Part shown: positions 1-9,616 of the stretch, piece after piece
How positions within the stretch are numbered: the first letter of the stretch is position 1
How the letters are laid out: the number at the start of each line of letters is the position of its first letter
Origin: a virus
Reading direction: 5' to 3' (one strand)
Virus record (IMG/VR): IMGVR_UViG_3300005528_000059
Location: 5,409 to 69,408 of that record
Length of the DNA stretch: 64,000 bases
Notes under the pieces: generated by a model
The model's input: the letters and a program-made list of their open reading frames with translations, nothing else
Database searches by the model: none
What the model was told of the DNA's origin: nothing
Program-made: the position numbers and the translations under genes

Positions 1-1143
1 AGTTCGACTTTAGCAGGTCTTGTTCCCCTTTCCGGAGGAGGCACATCCCTGTTCTTAAGAGCAGATGCCAGTTGGTCTAGTGCAGTGACTTCCGTTGGAG
101 GTACAGGTTCAGTTTCTGGAATAACATTAACTGGCTCAGTTACAGAAAGCGGTAACTTGACACTGGAGGGAACTCTGTCAGTTGTCGGAGCTAATTTTGG
201 CTCTCAGACGGCTAACCGAGTTTTCGCGGCACCAAACGGCTCAGATGGAAATCCGTCATTTAGAGCCTTGGTCGCGGCTGATATTCCAACGCTAAATCAA
301 TCTACTACGGGCTCGGCAGCTACCCTCACTACACCGCGAGATATCGCGATGACTGGTGACGTAAGTTGGAGTGTCAGCTTTAACGGCTCAACCAATGTGA
401 CAGCGGCTGGAACGATCGCTAATGACGCCGTAACTTATGCCAAGATGCAGAACGTGACAGCGAATAGCGTGCTAGCTCGCGCAGCAGCAACAGACGGCGA
501 TGTCAGTGCGATAGCCTTGGCTGCGTCGCAACTGTTCGGTCGTGGCGCTACAGGTGATCTCACTGCTATTACGCTGGGTTCCGGACTTTCCATGTCTGGT
601 AGCACGTTGAATGCCGTGAGCTCAGCGGGTAAGCAGACATTGTATATTCCTGCTGAGTATATGAAGTCACGAGTAACGAACGGTCCATCAGCAGGATTTA
701 TTGAAACTGTGAATAATAGGATCAATCTCATAACGCTTGACTTTGACTCTATTACACAAGAGTTCGCACAGTTCCAAGTTGCCATGCCTAAGTCATGGGA
801 TGAAGGCACTGTGACTTTTGAGCCCATTTGGTATCATCCAAGCGCGACAACTAACTTCGGGGTGGTGTGGTCTCTAGCAGGCGTTGCCCTGTCTGACACC
901 AATGCGCTGGACACGGCGTTTGGCACGGCGGTGCAGGTCACAGACACAGGCGGTACGACGAACGCGCTATACGATGGCCCTGAGAGTGCTGCGGTTACGA
1001 TTGGAAATGTGCCTGCTGAAAATGACTATCTGATGTTTCAAATTGCTCGAGTGCCTGCTGACGCGGCTGACACATTGGCCACCGATGCTCGACTACTTGG
1101 TATCCGTCTATTCTACACGACCAACGCAGGGAACGACGCCTGA
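1..1143 (+). CDS. Tail fibre protein, 5'-truncated by the window
   Basis: Frame is open from base 1 (..SGGGTSLFLRADASW..). G/T/S/A-rich fibre repeats (AAPNGSDGNPSFRALVAADIP, IANDAVTYAKMQN) and a globular C-terminal domain. Confidence 0.75.
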   Translation, partial: SSTLAGLVPLSGGGTSLFLRADASWSSAVTSVGGTGSVSGITLTGSVTESGNLTLEGTLSVVGANFGSQTANRVFAAPNGSDGNPSFRALVAADIPTLNQSTTGSAATLTTPRDIAMTGDVSWSVSFNGSTNVTAAGTIANDAVTYAKMQNVTANSVLARAAATDGDVSAIALAASQLFGRGATGDLTAITLGSGLSMSGSTLNAVSSAGKQTLYIPAEYMKSRVTNGPSAGFIETVNNRINLITLDFDSITQEFAQFQVAMPKSWDEGTVTFEPIWYHPSATTNFGVVWSLAGVALSDTNALDTAFGTAVQVTDTGGTTNALYDGPESAAVTIGNVPAENDYLMFQIARVPADAADTLATDARLLGIRLFYTTNAGNDA

Positions 1144-3803
1144 TGCTGCGGTTAAATACTCTTTTAGGAGTAGGTGGGCGTCCGATAATCAATGACAATG
1201 CTTGCCTAGCTTCTCCAATATTCATTGATCCGTCTATTATCGGTACTATGTGGCAAGAGATCACTGGTACGTCTGGCACAGCCGTAGTTGTTGACGGTCC
1301 TGTTGGCTCTATTAGAAACCGAGGCACGCTTGGCGGTATAGCAAGAGCCACGAGCACAGGGCGGCGACCTATACTTAGAAACTCCGGTGGACAGTTTTGG
1401 CTAGAAATATCTACCGCTACACAATCAGAATTGTCACTTTCCTTCACCTCCCAAGTAACTCCCGTTATTTGGTGGGCAAATGGAATTCGCTATGAATCCA
1501 CGTCTTGGGCTTGGACAGGTTTTGGTTCTTGGAAAACAGAAGCTAGCGCAGATGCAGACTGGGTTGTGGGCGAGCATGTAATAGGGGGTCGCGTAAACAA
1601 CACACCATCAATACTTATTACCAGAGGATCTTCAAACAGTAACTCGCAACCTCTCCCGTACTCCCAAGACCACGTCGTTACATTCCTAAGTTCAAGTTCT
1701 GCTAGGGTACTTAGACGAGATTTGCTCCCCTCAAACTCAACAGCAAGCAGCTACGGTAATCACATAGTAGACATAGTGCGGTTTTTTACTCGACCCACTG
1801 GGGAGCACACTGACGGTCGTTTCTACGGCTTTGTGGCTCGATTCACGCAGCCATCAGTGGCTGAAGAAGAACAAATGATACGATCTATAGCGCGCCGACA
1901 AGGACGTAATCTGAAGTCGTTCGACCTTACATCGATCTCACCAACAATTGGAGCTATTGAAGGTGGAACACCTATAACACTGACAGGTTTAGGTTTTCCT
2001 GCTGACCCTATTGTTACCATCGATAATGTCCCCGCAACAAATGCCGTGAGAGTGAGTTCTACTTCAATAACGGCTGTCACTCCGGCGGGAACTTTTGGAA
2101 ACAAAAATGTCACACTCTTATCAAATGGTGAAGTTAGTACACTAGCCTCTGCGTTTGATTATGGTGTTTTTATACTAGACACTCTGACAGCTACCGCTGC
2201 TTACAGTACCAGACAAGTTCGCAATGCTTACACGGGTTTCTGCATCCGAGTACGCAGATCAAACGATAATGTAGAATTAAATATCGGATTTACTGTTAGC
2301 GGACAATTGGACACTGCTGCCTTGCTCGATCATTGCGGTGCAAACAGCGGATTTGTTACGAGATGGTACGACCAGTCCGGCAATGGATTGCACTTGGTCC
2401 AGGACACTACAACATCACAACCACGTATTGTGAACGCTGGCGTCTTAGAAACACTTGGTGGTGTTCCCGCGATTGTATTCGACGCAACAGATGACAGACT
2501 AGAAATAGGGACTTGGGGAGACTTATCACAACCCTATACTCAAAACGGTGTTATCAGGACAGCCACCTCATATCCCGGTTTTCCTGCTATGGTCGGTCCT
2601 TCAAATGACTCAACATACACAAATGCTGTAACCTACATAGAGACTAATTTTCGCACTATCGGCCCTTTCACTGATACCAACGGTCCTAGACTACCTGTCA
2701 CAACGACTGAACGACTTGTCTTTACCTCATCATTTGACGGTAATAACACCAATTTTGCTAAAAACGGTGTAGTCACGGCGAATGGCTGGGTAGGTGGAGG
2801 TACTCTTTCCGGTGTGCGCTTGGCGGGTCCGGGAGTGACATATCAGGAAATAACCATATTCGGGAATGTTTTGTCTGTCGCTAATCGTCAAATGCTCGAA
2901 GCTAATCAAATTGCGTACTTCGGTGTCCCTAGTTTGCCTTGGTCTGGCGTTAATTTACTTGCCGGAGTGAACAATTATGTTTCGGTCGCAGCAAACGGTA
3001 CAACTTGGGTGGCGGTCGCGGACTCAACAAACCAAGCAGCGAGATCGACCGACAATGGTGTTACGTGGTCGGTCGTCACGATGACAGCCAACAGAATTTG
3101 GGAAGATACAGCAGCAAACGGCACAACTTGGGTAGCTGTAGCCTTCGAAGCTGATGCTAACCGTTCTACTGATAACGGCGCATCTTGGTCTAATGTTTCG
3201 TTGCCATTGTTTGCGGCTTGGCGCGCAGTTGCAGCAAACGGCACAACTTGGGTAGCTGTAGGAACTAACATTAGCCAATGTATTCGATCCACTGACGATG
3301 GCGCAAACTGGGTAACAGTGAACCTGCCTGCCAATCGTTTTTGGTTCAATGTCACAGCAAACGGTACAACTTGGGTAGCTCTTGCAGGTAACGGAACAGA
3401 CCAATCTGCACGATCAACTGATAACGGAGCATCTTGGACGGCAATCACATTGCCCGCTTCCAGAGATTGGCGCGGTCTGGCGGTCAACGGCACAACTTGG
3501 GTAGCAGTTGCCACAGGAAATACAAACCAAGCCGCCCGCTCTACTGATAATGGCGCTACATGGTCGGCAATCACTTTGCCTTCTGCTCGAAACTGGAGGT
3601 CTGTCGCCGCAATAGGTACAACTTGGATAGCGGTAGCGGAGAGCAATGGCAATGAAGCAGCCCTGTCTGTTGACAATGGTGTAACTTGGTCGTCTGTTGC
3701 CTTACCAAGTGCACGAAATCGACGCGCCGTTGCAGCCAACGCGACAACATTTGTGACGGTCCCTTATGGCAATACTGACGCTGCACGAGCAGTAGTGAGC
3801 TAA
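1143..3803 (+). CDS. Modular virion/receptor-binding protein: IPT/TIG Ig domain, LamG-like domain, C-terminal 7-bladed Asp-box (BNR) beta-propeller
   Basis: SISPTIGAIEGGTPITLTG..SSTSITAVTPAG (IPT/TIG); AAYSTR..IRVRRSNDN..WYDQSGNG; six SxDxGxxW Asp-boxes with seven ANGTTWVAV-like units. Confidence 0.75.
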   Translation: MLRLNTLLGVGGRPIINDNACLASPIFIDPSIIGTMWQEITGTSGTAVVVDGPVGSIRNRGTLGGIARATSTGRRPILRNSGGQFWLEISTATQSELSLSFTSQVTPVIWWANGIRYESTSWAWTGFGSWKTEASADADWVVGEHVIGGRVNNTPSILITRGSSNSNSQPLPYSQDHVVTFLSSSSARVLRRDLLPSNSTASSYGNHIVDIVRFFTRPTGEHTDGRFYGFVARFTQPSVAEEEQMIRSIARRQGRNLKSFDLTSISPTIGAIEGGTPITLTGLGFPADPIVTIDNVPATNAVRVSSTSITAVTPAGTFGNKNVTLLSNGEVSTLASAFDYGVFILDTLTATAAYSTRQVRNAYTGFCIRVRRSNDNVELNIGFTVSGQLDTAALLDHCGANSGFVTRWYDQSGNGLHLVQDTTTSQPRIVNAGVLETLGGVPAIVFDATDDRLEIGTWGDLSQPYTQNGVIRTATSYPGFPAMVGPSNDSTYTNAVTYIETNFRTIGPFTDTNGPRLPVTTTERLVFTSSFDGNNTNFAKNGVVTANGWVGGGTLSGVRLAGPGVTYQEITIFGNVLSVANRQMLEANQIAYFGVPSLPWSGVNLLAGVNNYVSVAANGTTWVAVADSTNQAARSTDNGVTWSVVTMTANRIWEDTAANGTTWVAVAFEADANRSTDNGASWSNVSLPLFAAWRAVAANGTTWVAVGTNISQCIRSTDDGANWVTVNLPANRFWFNVTANGTTWVALAGNGTDQSARSTDNGASWTAITLPASRDWRGLAVNGTTWVAVATGNTNQAARSTDNGATWSAITLPSARNWRSVAAIGTTWIAVAESNGNEAALSVDNGVTWSSVALPSARNRRAVAANATTFVTVPYGNTDAARAVVS
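2988..3770 (+). repeat. Coding tandem repeat of ~120 bp (beta-propeller blades)
   Basis: Identical 30-mer gcagcaaacggcacaacttgggtagctgta at 3111-3140 and 3231-3260; further degenerate copies at ~120-bp spacing. Confidence 0.85.
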
Positions 3804-3819
3804 GAATTCGAGGAATATC

Positions 3820-4314
3820 ATGGACCAGCTTCAAGAGTACGCACTTATCGAAAACGACCAGATCGCACGCACTGAATGGTTCAAGCGCCCTAGCCTCGTG
3901 CCGGAAGGCGACTGGCGCGTGATCGGTGAAGTCACGCCTGAATTTAATTCTGCAACGCATCGTCTTGGTGAGAAGATGCTAGGAATACTTGAAAGTGGCG
4001 CGGTGGCTTACGTGTGGTCAATCGTTGCATTGCCTCCCCCACCCGTTCGCCAGAGAGTGACAAACGCTGCTCTAGAGATCGCTTTAGAGCAACTAGGATT
4101 ACTTGAAACTGTTGAGTCATTCGTAGAGCAATTACGTCAGCAAGCTCCAAGGGCTCCTGCCGTGATACTCTGGAGGAAAGCTACCGAGTTCAGAAGATCA
4201 GATGCACTTTGGGATTTCTTCGCTTCCCAACTTAATATGACTTCTGAAGATGTTGATAATATCTTCAATCTCGCAGGGCAAATAGATGACTCGTTCAACA
4301 ACACGTGGGAATAA
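3820..4314 (+). CDS. Putative tail fibre assembly/chaperone-like protein
   Basis: Follows the fibre gene with an RBS (gagga). C-terminus W..ATEFRRSD...LNMTSEDVDNIF..A is typical of small fibre-associated proteins. Confidence 0.5.
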   Translation: MDQLQEYALIENDQIARTEWFKRPSLVPEGDWRVIGEVTPEFNSATHRLGEKMLGILESGAVAYVWSIVALPPPPVRQRVTNAALEIALEQLGLLETVESFVEQLRQQAPRAPAVILWRKATEFRRSDALWDFFASQLNMTSEDVDNIFNLAGQIDDSFNNTWE

Positions 4315-4670
4315 TGTCAGCTAGATTTCTTAACAAAGCATTTCAAGTTTGGCCGTCGGAGGAACCTGTCAACGGCAAAGCTTTAGACTGTTTAGCTGAA
4401 GATTTGTATTTCGAAACTTCGGATGGGGAATTAATCACTGTTCCCGCTGGTTTCAAAAGTGACGGTGGTTCAATCCCGTGGTGGGGCCGTGTAGTCATTA
4501 ATCCAACACACAATCAAAGAGCGTGGTGGGTTCACGATTGGGCATGGGAGAACAACCGAAAAGACCATGATAAACTTTTACGAGAAGCTTTAAAAGTAGA
4601 TAATTGCCCTAGATTAAAAAGACATTTAATTCTGTTAGCTGTTCAATTTGCTTGGTGGCTTTATAAATGA
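4314..4670 (+). CDS. DUF1353-like protein
   Basis: ITVPAGFKSDGGSIPW ... HDWAW ... D.LLREAL pattern; start coupled to the upstream stop (TAATG). Confidence 0.75.
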   Translation: MSARFLNKAFQVWPSEEPVNGKALDCLAEDLYFETSDGELITVPAGFKSDGGSIPWWGRVVINPTHNQRAWWVHDWAWENNRKDHDKLLREALKVDNCPRLKRHLILLAVQFAWWLYK

Positions 4671-5251
4671 AATACCCAACTGATCCTCGCAGACTTCTTG
4701 AGATCATAGACAAGTTAGAAAATCGTATTCTGGACTTAGAATCCCAATTGCCAGTTTATCACCCTATAGAGGATAATAGGATTAACTATAGGCTTTCGGG
4801 AAAACTACTTAAACTTTTCAATTTACTAAAATACGATAAAGCTGTAGAGCTGGATACGCTCTGTGGATATGTCGGTACCGACAATCGAGAAACAGTTAGA
4901 ATGAATCTGTGCCATCTTCGTAAGAAACTTATTAAGCACGGTATTGGAATCACTAATTATAGAGGTCTTGGTTACTGTTTGATTAAGATAAGTCCTGAAA
5001 AAGTTTCATTCTCCATGAGTAGCCAATTACAGGAGCTTTTTAACCTTCTCAGTTATAGTAAGTACTCTACTATTGAAAAACTTATTGTGTCGTACAGAGC
5101 TAAAAACAAGAGGGCTATTTATAACAAGATTCATAGTTTACGCATGTTTCTTCAAAACCAAGGTATAACCATTGACCATATTCAGGATAAAGGATATATC
5201 TTGCGTAAAATGACTAAACTGGAAACTGAAGATTTTTCAGACCCTCTCTAA
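4667..5251 (+). CDS. Tandem winged-HTH DNA-binding protein (two OmpR/PhoB C-terminal-like domains)
   Basis: Two repeats of LS..L..LFNLL.Y.K ... +..LR..L...GI.I....G.GY.L. Confidence 0.7.
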   Translation: MKYPTDPRRLLEIIDKLENRILDLESQLPVYHPIEDNRINYRLSGKLLKLFNLLKYDKAVELDTLCGYVGTDNRETVRMNLCHLRKKLIKHGIGITNYRGLGYCLIKISPEKVSFSMSSQLQELFNLLSYSKYSTIEKLIVSYRAKNKRAIYNKIHSLRMFLQNQGITIDHIQDKGYILRKMTKLETEDFSDPL

Positions 5252-5356
5252 AACAAGCTGGCCTTCCGCGCCGAGAGGTTGCCAATTTCTAAGTAATCTG
5301 ATAAGTTACTCACTCTTGCTTATTCACTGTGCTATTGAGCACAAGGAGAGTCTAAA

Positions 5357-5833
5357 GTGGCTGATGGTGTACCTGTAACTCCCGGAGCTGGTGTTGAAAT
5401 TGCTTCGCGAGAGGTTCCGTACTCTGGCGAAAATATGCAGATGCAGGTCGTTGGCTTAGCTACGCTTGAAGGTGCTGACGATGCCAAGGTCGCTACGGAT
5501 ATCTCGCCCGATAATCCGATACCAATCGCTGCGTATGGTGAGCTGATCGAAGTTCTTGAAGCGATGCGGATGGGAATCAATTCGCTTGCTAAGTCTATTG
5601 GCTTTGCACTTCCAAACGCCCAAGGCTTTCCGATGATGGAAGCGCGTCAAACAACAGCGGCCAACCTGCAAGTGACTGCTTCGCTCGCAGCCACACAAAC
5701 TCTGGCCACTTTGACGACACTGACCACGCTGGTTAACCAGCAGCAAATCGGCGGCAATGCGGCTAACGATTTGATTCCCGCTTACATGCACCTTCAGGCC
5801 GATGGCCTTCGCTATAACATCACGGTGACCTAA
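5357..5833 (+). CDS. Hypothetical virion-associated protein
   Basis: GTG start with aaggag RBS; T/A-rich C-terminus; adjacent to the next gene. Confidence 0.6.
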   Translation: MADGVPVTPGAGVEIASREVPYSGENMQMQVVGLATLEGADDAKVATDISPDNPIPIAAYGELIEVLEAMRMGINSLAKSIGFALPNAQGFPMMEARQTTAANLQVTASLAATQTLATLTTLTTLVNQQQIGGNAANDLIPAYMHLQADGLRYNITVT

Positions 5834-5834
5834 T

Positions 5835-7262
5835 ATGCCTACGACAAACGGTAATCGCCCAATCCTAGACCTGAAGCGTTGGGAATACTGCGCTCCTGCT
5901 CCTGCCGCGACTGTGGCGGGGTCTATGATCTCATCTAGTCGCCACTATCGACAGCAACAGCTTTTCATTCCCAGTGTCACTACGGCTTTCATCTATCAGC
6001 CGAACGAGGATGGCTGGATTGCTATTCCCTCGCCCGCTTTACCTGCTGCTTCCCTGATCGCAGGCGCAGCGGCAACTTCTGGTGCTGCAAGCATCGGCAA
6101 CACGGTCGGCGCGGCCAGTTTGACCGCAACTGCGGGTACGTTGAATAGCTTCACTACCAACCAGCCTCTGGCGCGAGACCTACGCGGCTACAAAGTTCAT
6201 ATCATGGCCGGACCTAATGCTGGTGCGGTTCTTGACATTGTGAGCAACACTGTCGGCGCTAACGCGGTCATCACTGTACCGACGCAAGGGAATGCGTTTT
6301 CGAACGCGACTGTCTACCGTCTGCTTACTCCTGTTTGGTATGTCAGCGCGGGCGGCACAATTGCTGCTGGTTCGTTCCGCAAATACTGCTTTGCTACGAA
6401 CACTTGGACTTCGCTGGCCGTCCTGCCTGCGACGATTGCAACCGACGCAAAGCTGGTCGCCACGCCTTCAATCGTCGATGGCGACTTTAAGGCTTTTGCG
6501 ACTGGCACGATCACAAGCGCGACAAGCACCACGGCGGTCAACAGCGTCAAAGCTTGGGCGACCAATCAATGGGTCAACAGCCAAATTCGCATCACTGGCG
6601 GCACAGGTGCGGGCCAAGTCCGCACGATCACAGCAAATACTGGCACCACTCTCACTGTCGCAGCTTGGACAGTCACGCCCGACACCACTTCGACGTATGC
6701 AATCGAGGGGAATGATAACTTCCTCTATTTGCTCGGCAACAACGCGGTCACCATGTACCGCTACGACATTGCGGCTAACACTTGGTCCACCCTGTCGCCT
6801 GTTGCGGCTCGTGCAGCAGCTCCCGGCGCTGGGATGTCAGCCCACTGGGTCCACACTTCTCTTGAGGCTGACTTCAACAATGAAAGCGCCATCATGGCAG
6901 GTCGCTACATCTACAGCTTCCAAGGTGCTGCATCAGCCAACCTGCATCGGTATGATATTGCAGGCAACACATGGGCAACGATTGCCTATGCTCCTGCTGT
7001 CGAAACCTTCACGACAGGCACCAAGTATGCCCTGCATCATGATAACCTCTACATTCAAAAAGAGGCGACAGGACGCTGGTTTGTGTTCGATACTGCCCGA
7101 AGCAATATGAGCGCGTTTGGCACCATGCTCTATCCGCAGGGTGCGGCTTTGGTAGGGGATACGGCTTTTGACGTGGCCTACCAAGATGGGGAAACCGAGA
7201 TCTTTTACGTCTACATGCTACTCAACACTTCTCCAATACTGTTAAGGCAGATGGTGATCTAA
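5835..7262 (+). CDS. Kelch-like beta-propeller virion protein
   Basis: Repeated RYDIAxNTW / KYCFATNTW blade motifs with inserted Thr-rich domains (IRITGGTGAGQVRTITAN). Confidence 0.65.
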   Translation: MPTTNGNRPILDLKRWEYCAPAPAATVAGSMISSSRHYRQQQLFIPSVTTAFIYQPNEDGWIAIPSPALPAASLIAGAAATSGAASIGNTVGAASLTATAGTLNSFTTNQPLARDLRGYKVHIMAGPNAGAVLDIVSNTVGANAVITVPTQGNAFSNATVYRLLTPVWYVSAGGTIAAGSFRKYCFATNTWTSLAVLPATIATDAKLVATPSIVDGDFKAFATGTITSATSTTAVNSVKAWATNQWVNSQIRITGGTGAGQVRTITANTGTTLTVAAWTVTPDTTSTYAIEGNDNFLYLLGNNAVTMYRYDIAANTWSTLSPVAARAAAPGAGMSAHWVHTSLEADFNNESAIMAGRYIYSFQGAASANLHRYDIAGNTWATIAYAPAVETFTTGTKYALHHDNLYIQKEATGRWFVFDTARSNMSAFGTMLYPQGAALVGDTAFDVAYQDGETEIFYVYMLLNTSPILLRQMVI

Positions 7263-7432
7263 TGAATACCAACGAGCTTCTTACCTTACTTAAAAATTCT
7301 GTGACTGCGTTGCAGGCAGAGCGAGCTACTGCTAGCTCAAGCGGTCAAGTTGCTCGAGTTTTGGAAATCGAGATCAAAATCCTCGAAACGCAAACTACAA
7401 TCGAACAGCTTGAAGGCGTTCAACCGGAGTAA
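7262..7432 (+). CDS. Small coiled-coil protein (56 aa, not in the ORF track)
   Basis: TAATG coupling; translates MNTNELLTLLKNSVTALQAER...LEGVQPE. Confidence 0.6.
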   Translation: MNTNELLTLLKNSVTALQAERATASSSGQVARVLEIEIKILETQTTIEQLEGVQPE

Positions 7433-7439
7433 CTGAGTC

Positions 7440-9161
7440 ATGTTACTCTTATTATTCTCTAGTCAACAAGCAATACTTGCCGCTCGATCAGGAGCGGTAG
7501 GTCGAGCCGCGATTGGACGTGTTGCAGTCGGTGCAGGAACTAGCGGTGCTGCTACCTCTTCTTCAGCCAGTGTTACTGTAAACGGTGGAACTTTTTCAGT
7601 AGGGTTCTCCTTAACTACTGGAACTGCAACCACTATCAGTAATCCAACTGTTACTGGCGGAACGTTCGTAGTATCTTATTCTCTTGTTGGAGGGATTGTC
7701 ACTACAATCCGCAGTCCGACAGTTGCCGGTGGCGACTTCACTTTCACATACAGCTATGTCGCAGGCACCGCATCTACAGGAACCGGAGCTAACGTAAACG
7801 GTGGATCGTTCAGCGTTGGGTACTCCTTCGCAGGGGGAACTGCTACAGCGATACAGAATTCAACGGTGTCCGGTGGGACTTTCAACGTTGGATTTTCCTT
7901 AACTTCCGGAATCATTAGTGTTGACGATTTCTCCACTGGAGGAACGTTCACCATTGGATACGCCTTAGCAGGTGGAGCAGTAACGACTGTTCGTAGTCCA
8001 ACAGTAGCGGGCGGAGTATTCTCCATTGGATACTCCCTCACTCCGGGAACAGTATCCACTGGAACAACTACGAATGTCAGTGGCGGATCATTCACTGTAG
8101 TATTCACCCTTACAGACGGTGTAGTCACCACTGTTCGTAACCCGACGGTTGCAGGCGGAGCACTCTCAATTGGCTACTCGCTAACAGGTGGAACAATTAC
8201 TACTGTTCGTAGCCCAACTGTCACAGGAGGCGCAGTAGGATTCACTTACGTTTTCGCAGCGGGGATGGCCTCCACTGGGACAACTCAACTAGGTCAGCCG
8301 TTCATTGTAACCTACCTGCTAGTGGGCGGAACAGTCACGACTGTTCGAAATCCTACGGTTGCAGGTGGGTCTTTTGTAACAACTTATAATTTCTCAGCAG
8401 GAGCCGTTAGCTTAGGGGCAACTCCTTCGGGAGCTGCGTTCTCGTACACGCTTTCGTTGGTTAGTGGAACGGTTACTGCGAACCGCAGTATTTCAGTCGC
8501 AGGTGGAACTCTATCCTTTGGATATAATTTCGCAGCCGGAACAGCTTCCGCTGGTGGTTCGGCTAATCCCTCAGGTGGTGTGTTCTCTATTGGGTTCTCC
8601 CTAGTTAGCGGATCAGTTAGCACTCAGTCTAATTCAAACGTCTCAGGGTTCAACTATTCTATTGGGTATGCGATTTCCGCAGGAACAGCTAGCGGTGTAA
8701 GATTCGTAACTGTTGACGGTGTCAGCTATGTAGCAGGTTGGTCTTTGACCCCAGCTATCGCGTCGGCTGTTAGAAACATCTCGGTTGCGGGCACGAACTT
8801 CGCCTTCCCAATCTTCTTGGCTACTGGCTCAGTTACGATTGACGCTCTTACACCACCAAGAGCGCTGACAGTAAACTATTCTCTTTCCACTGGAACCGTC
8901 ACGGCTATTCGCAGCCCAGTCATATCCGGTGGAAACTTAGGATACCTTTACGATTTCGCAGCGGGTGGCGTAGCTATATCTATCAGCCGCGTAGGCTTCG
9001 ACTTTGGATTTAATTACTCCTACGATCCAGGTGAGGCCAGTGTAACTGAAGGTATTTTTGTAGTCAACGGAATTTTCACTATTGGTATCCCTTCGATCAA
9101 GGAATACACAATCCCATTTACTGCTGCTCAAGAGATTACGATTTACTTGAAAACAGCGTGA
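7440..9161 (+). CDS. Gly/Thr/Ser/Val-rich repetitive structural protein (~26-aa repeats)
   Basis: About 20 copies of V.GG.F.+GYSL.GG.+TT+R.PT; very few charged residues. Confidence 0.7.
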   Translation: MLLLLFSSQQAILAARSGAVGRAAIGRVAVGAGTSGAATSSSASVTVNGGTFSVGFSLTTGTATTISNPTVTGGTFVVSYSLVGGIVTTIRSPTVAGGDFTFTYSYVAGTASTGTGANVNGGSFSVGYSFAGGTATAIQNSTVSGGTFNVGFSLTSGIISVDDFSTGGTFTIGYALAGGAVTTVRSPTVAGGVFSIGYSLTPGTVSTGTTTNVSGGSFTVVFTLTDGVVTTVRNPTVAGGALSIGYSLTGGTITTVRSPTVTGGAVGFTYVFAAGMASTGTTQLGQPFIVTYLLVGGTVTTVRNPTVAGGSFVTTYNFSAGAVSLGATPSGAAFSYTLSLVSGTVTANRSISVAGGTLSFGYNFAAGTASAGGSANPSGGVFSIGFSLVSGSVSTQSNSNVSGFNYSIGYAISAGTASGVRFVTVDGVSYVAGWSLTPAIASAVRNISVAGTNFAFPIFLATGSVTIDALTPPRALTVNYSLSTGTVTAIRSPVISGGNLGYLYDFAAGGVAISISRVGFDFGFNYSYDPGEASVTEGIFVVNGIFTIGIPSIKEYTIPFTAAQEITIYLKTA

Positions 9162-9196
9162 GCCGAGCGAGGCGGTTTCCTCGACAGGAGGTAAGA

Positions 9197-9517
9197 ATGG
9201 AAGTCGATATCACCGAAATCGTGAACATGGTGTTTCAAGGTGCTGCTCTTTTGATCAGCATTATTGTTGGTCATTTTGTGAAACAGGAACAGGCAAAGAA
9301 AGCTATTCTAGGCGCAATCCAATTCGCTTTGGATTTCGCTAAGCAGAAAGTTCAGACTGGTGGCATGTCAAAAATTGAAATTGATAATCAGCTTGTCGCG
9401 CTGGCTGTAGAATATCTTAACAAGCGGTTTCCTTCAGCGATTAAACAACTCGGTATCAAGCAGGAGGACTTGGAAGAGATTGTACTTTCTCGACTTCCTA
9501 GTACCAATCGTGGTTAG
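9197..9517 (+). CDS. Putative holin (single N-terminal TM helix, LL-H-like layout)
   Basis: aggagg RBS before ATG 9197; one TM segment then AVEYL..RFP.AIKQLGI; last gene before a terminator. Confidence 0.55.
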   Translation: MEVDITEIVNMVFQGAALLISIIVGHFVKQEQAKKAILGAIQFALDFAKQKVQTGGMSKIEIDNQLVALAVEYLNKRFPSAIKQLGIKQEDLEEIVLSRLPSTNRG

Positions 9518-9537
9518 TTAATTTTGAATCCTTAATG

Positions 9538-9570
9538 AACGAGCCTCCTGCAACGGGGGCTCGTTTGTTG
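9538..9570 (+). terminator. Intrinsic terminator closing the structural operon
   Basis: aacgagcctcc-tgcaac-gggggctcgtt hairpin followed by a T-rich tail. Confidence 0.7.
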
Positions 9571-9596
9571 TAATGACAATTGTCTTTGTTTATAGT
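9568..9596 (+). promoter_or_regulatory. Sigma70-like promoter of the replication module
   Basis: TTGTAA-N17-TATAGT, then ggag RBS and ATG 9617. Confidence 0.65.
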
Positions 9597-9616
9597 ACAA
9601 CGAACGGAGATTTACA

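Noticed and set aside
2988-3770. Near-identical repeats in a receptor-binding gene as a diversity-generating retroelement TR/VR pair
   Set aside because: The repeats are in-frame propeller blades, differences are not confined to adenines, and no reverse transcriptase is present in the window.
435-8623. Long antisense or alternative-frame ORFs (435-827, 2975-3739, 6292-7110, 7754-8131 and others)
   Set aside because: Shadows of repetitive or GC-rich sense genes; no RBS and no recognisable motifs.
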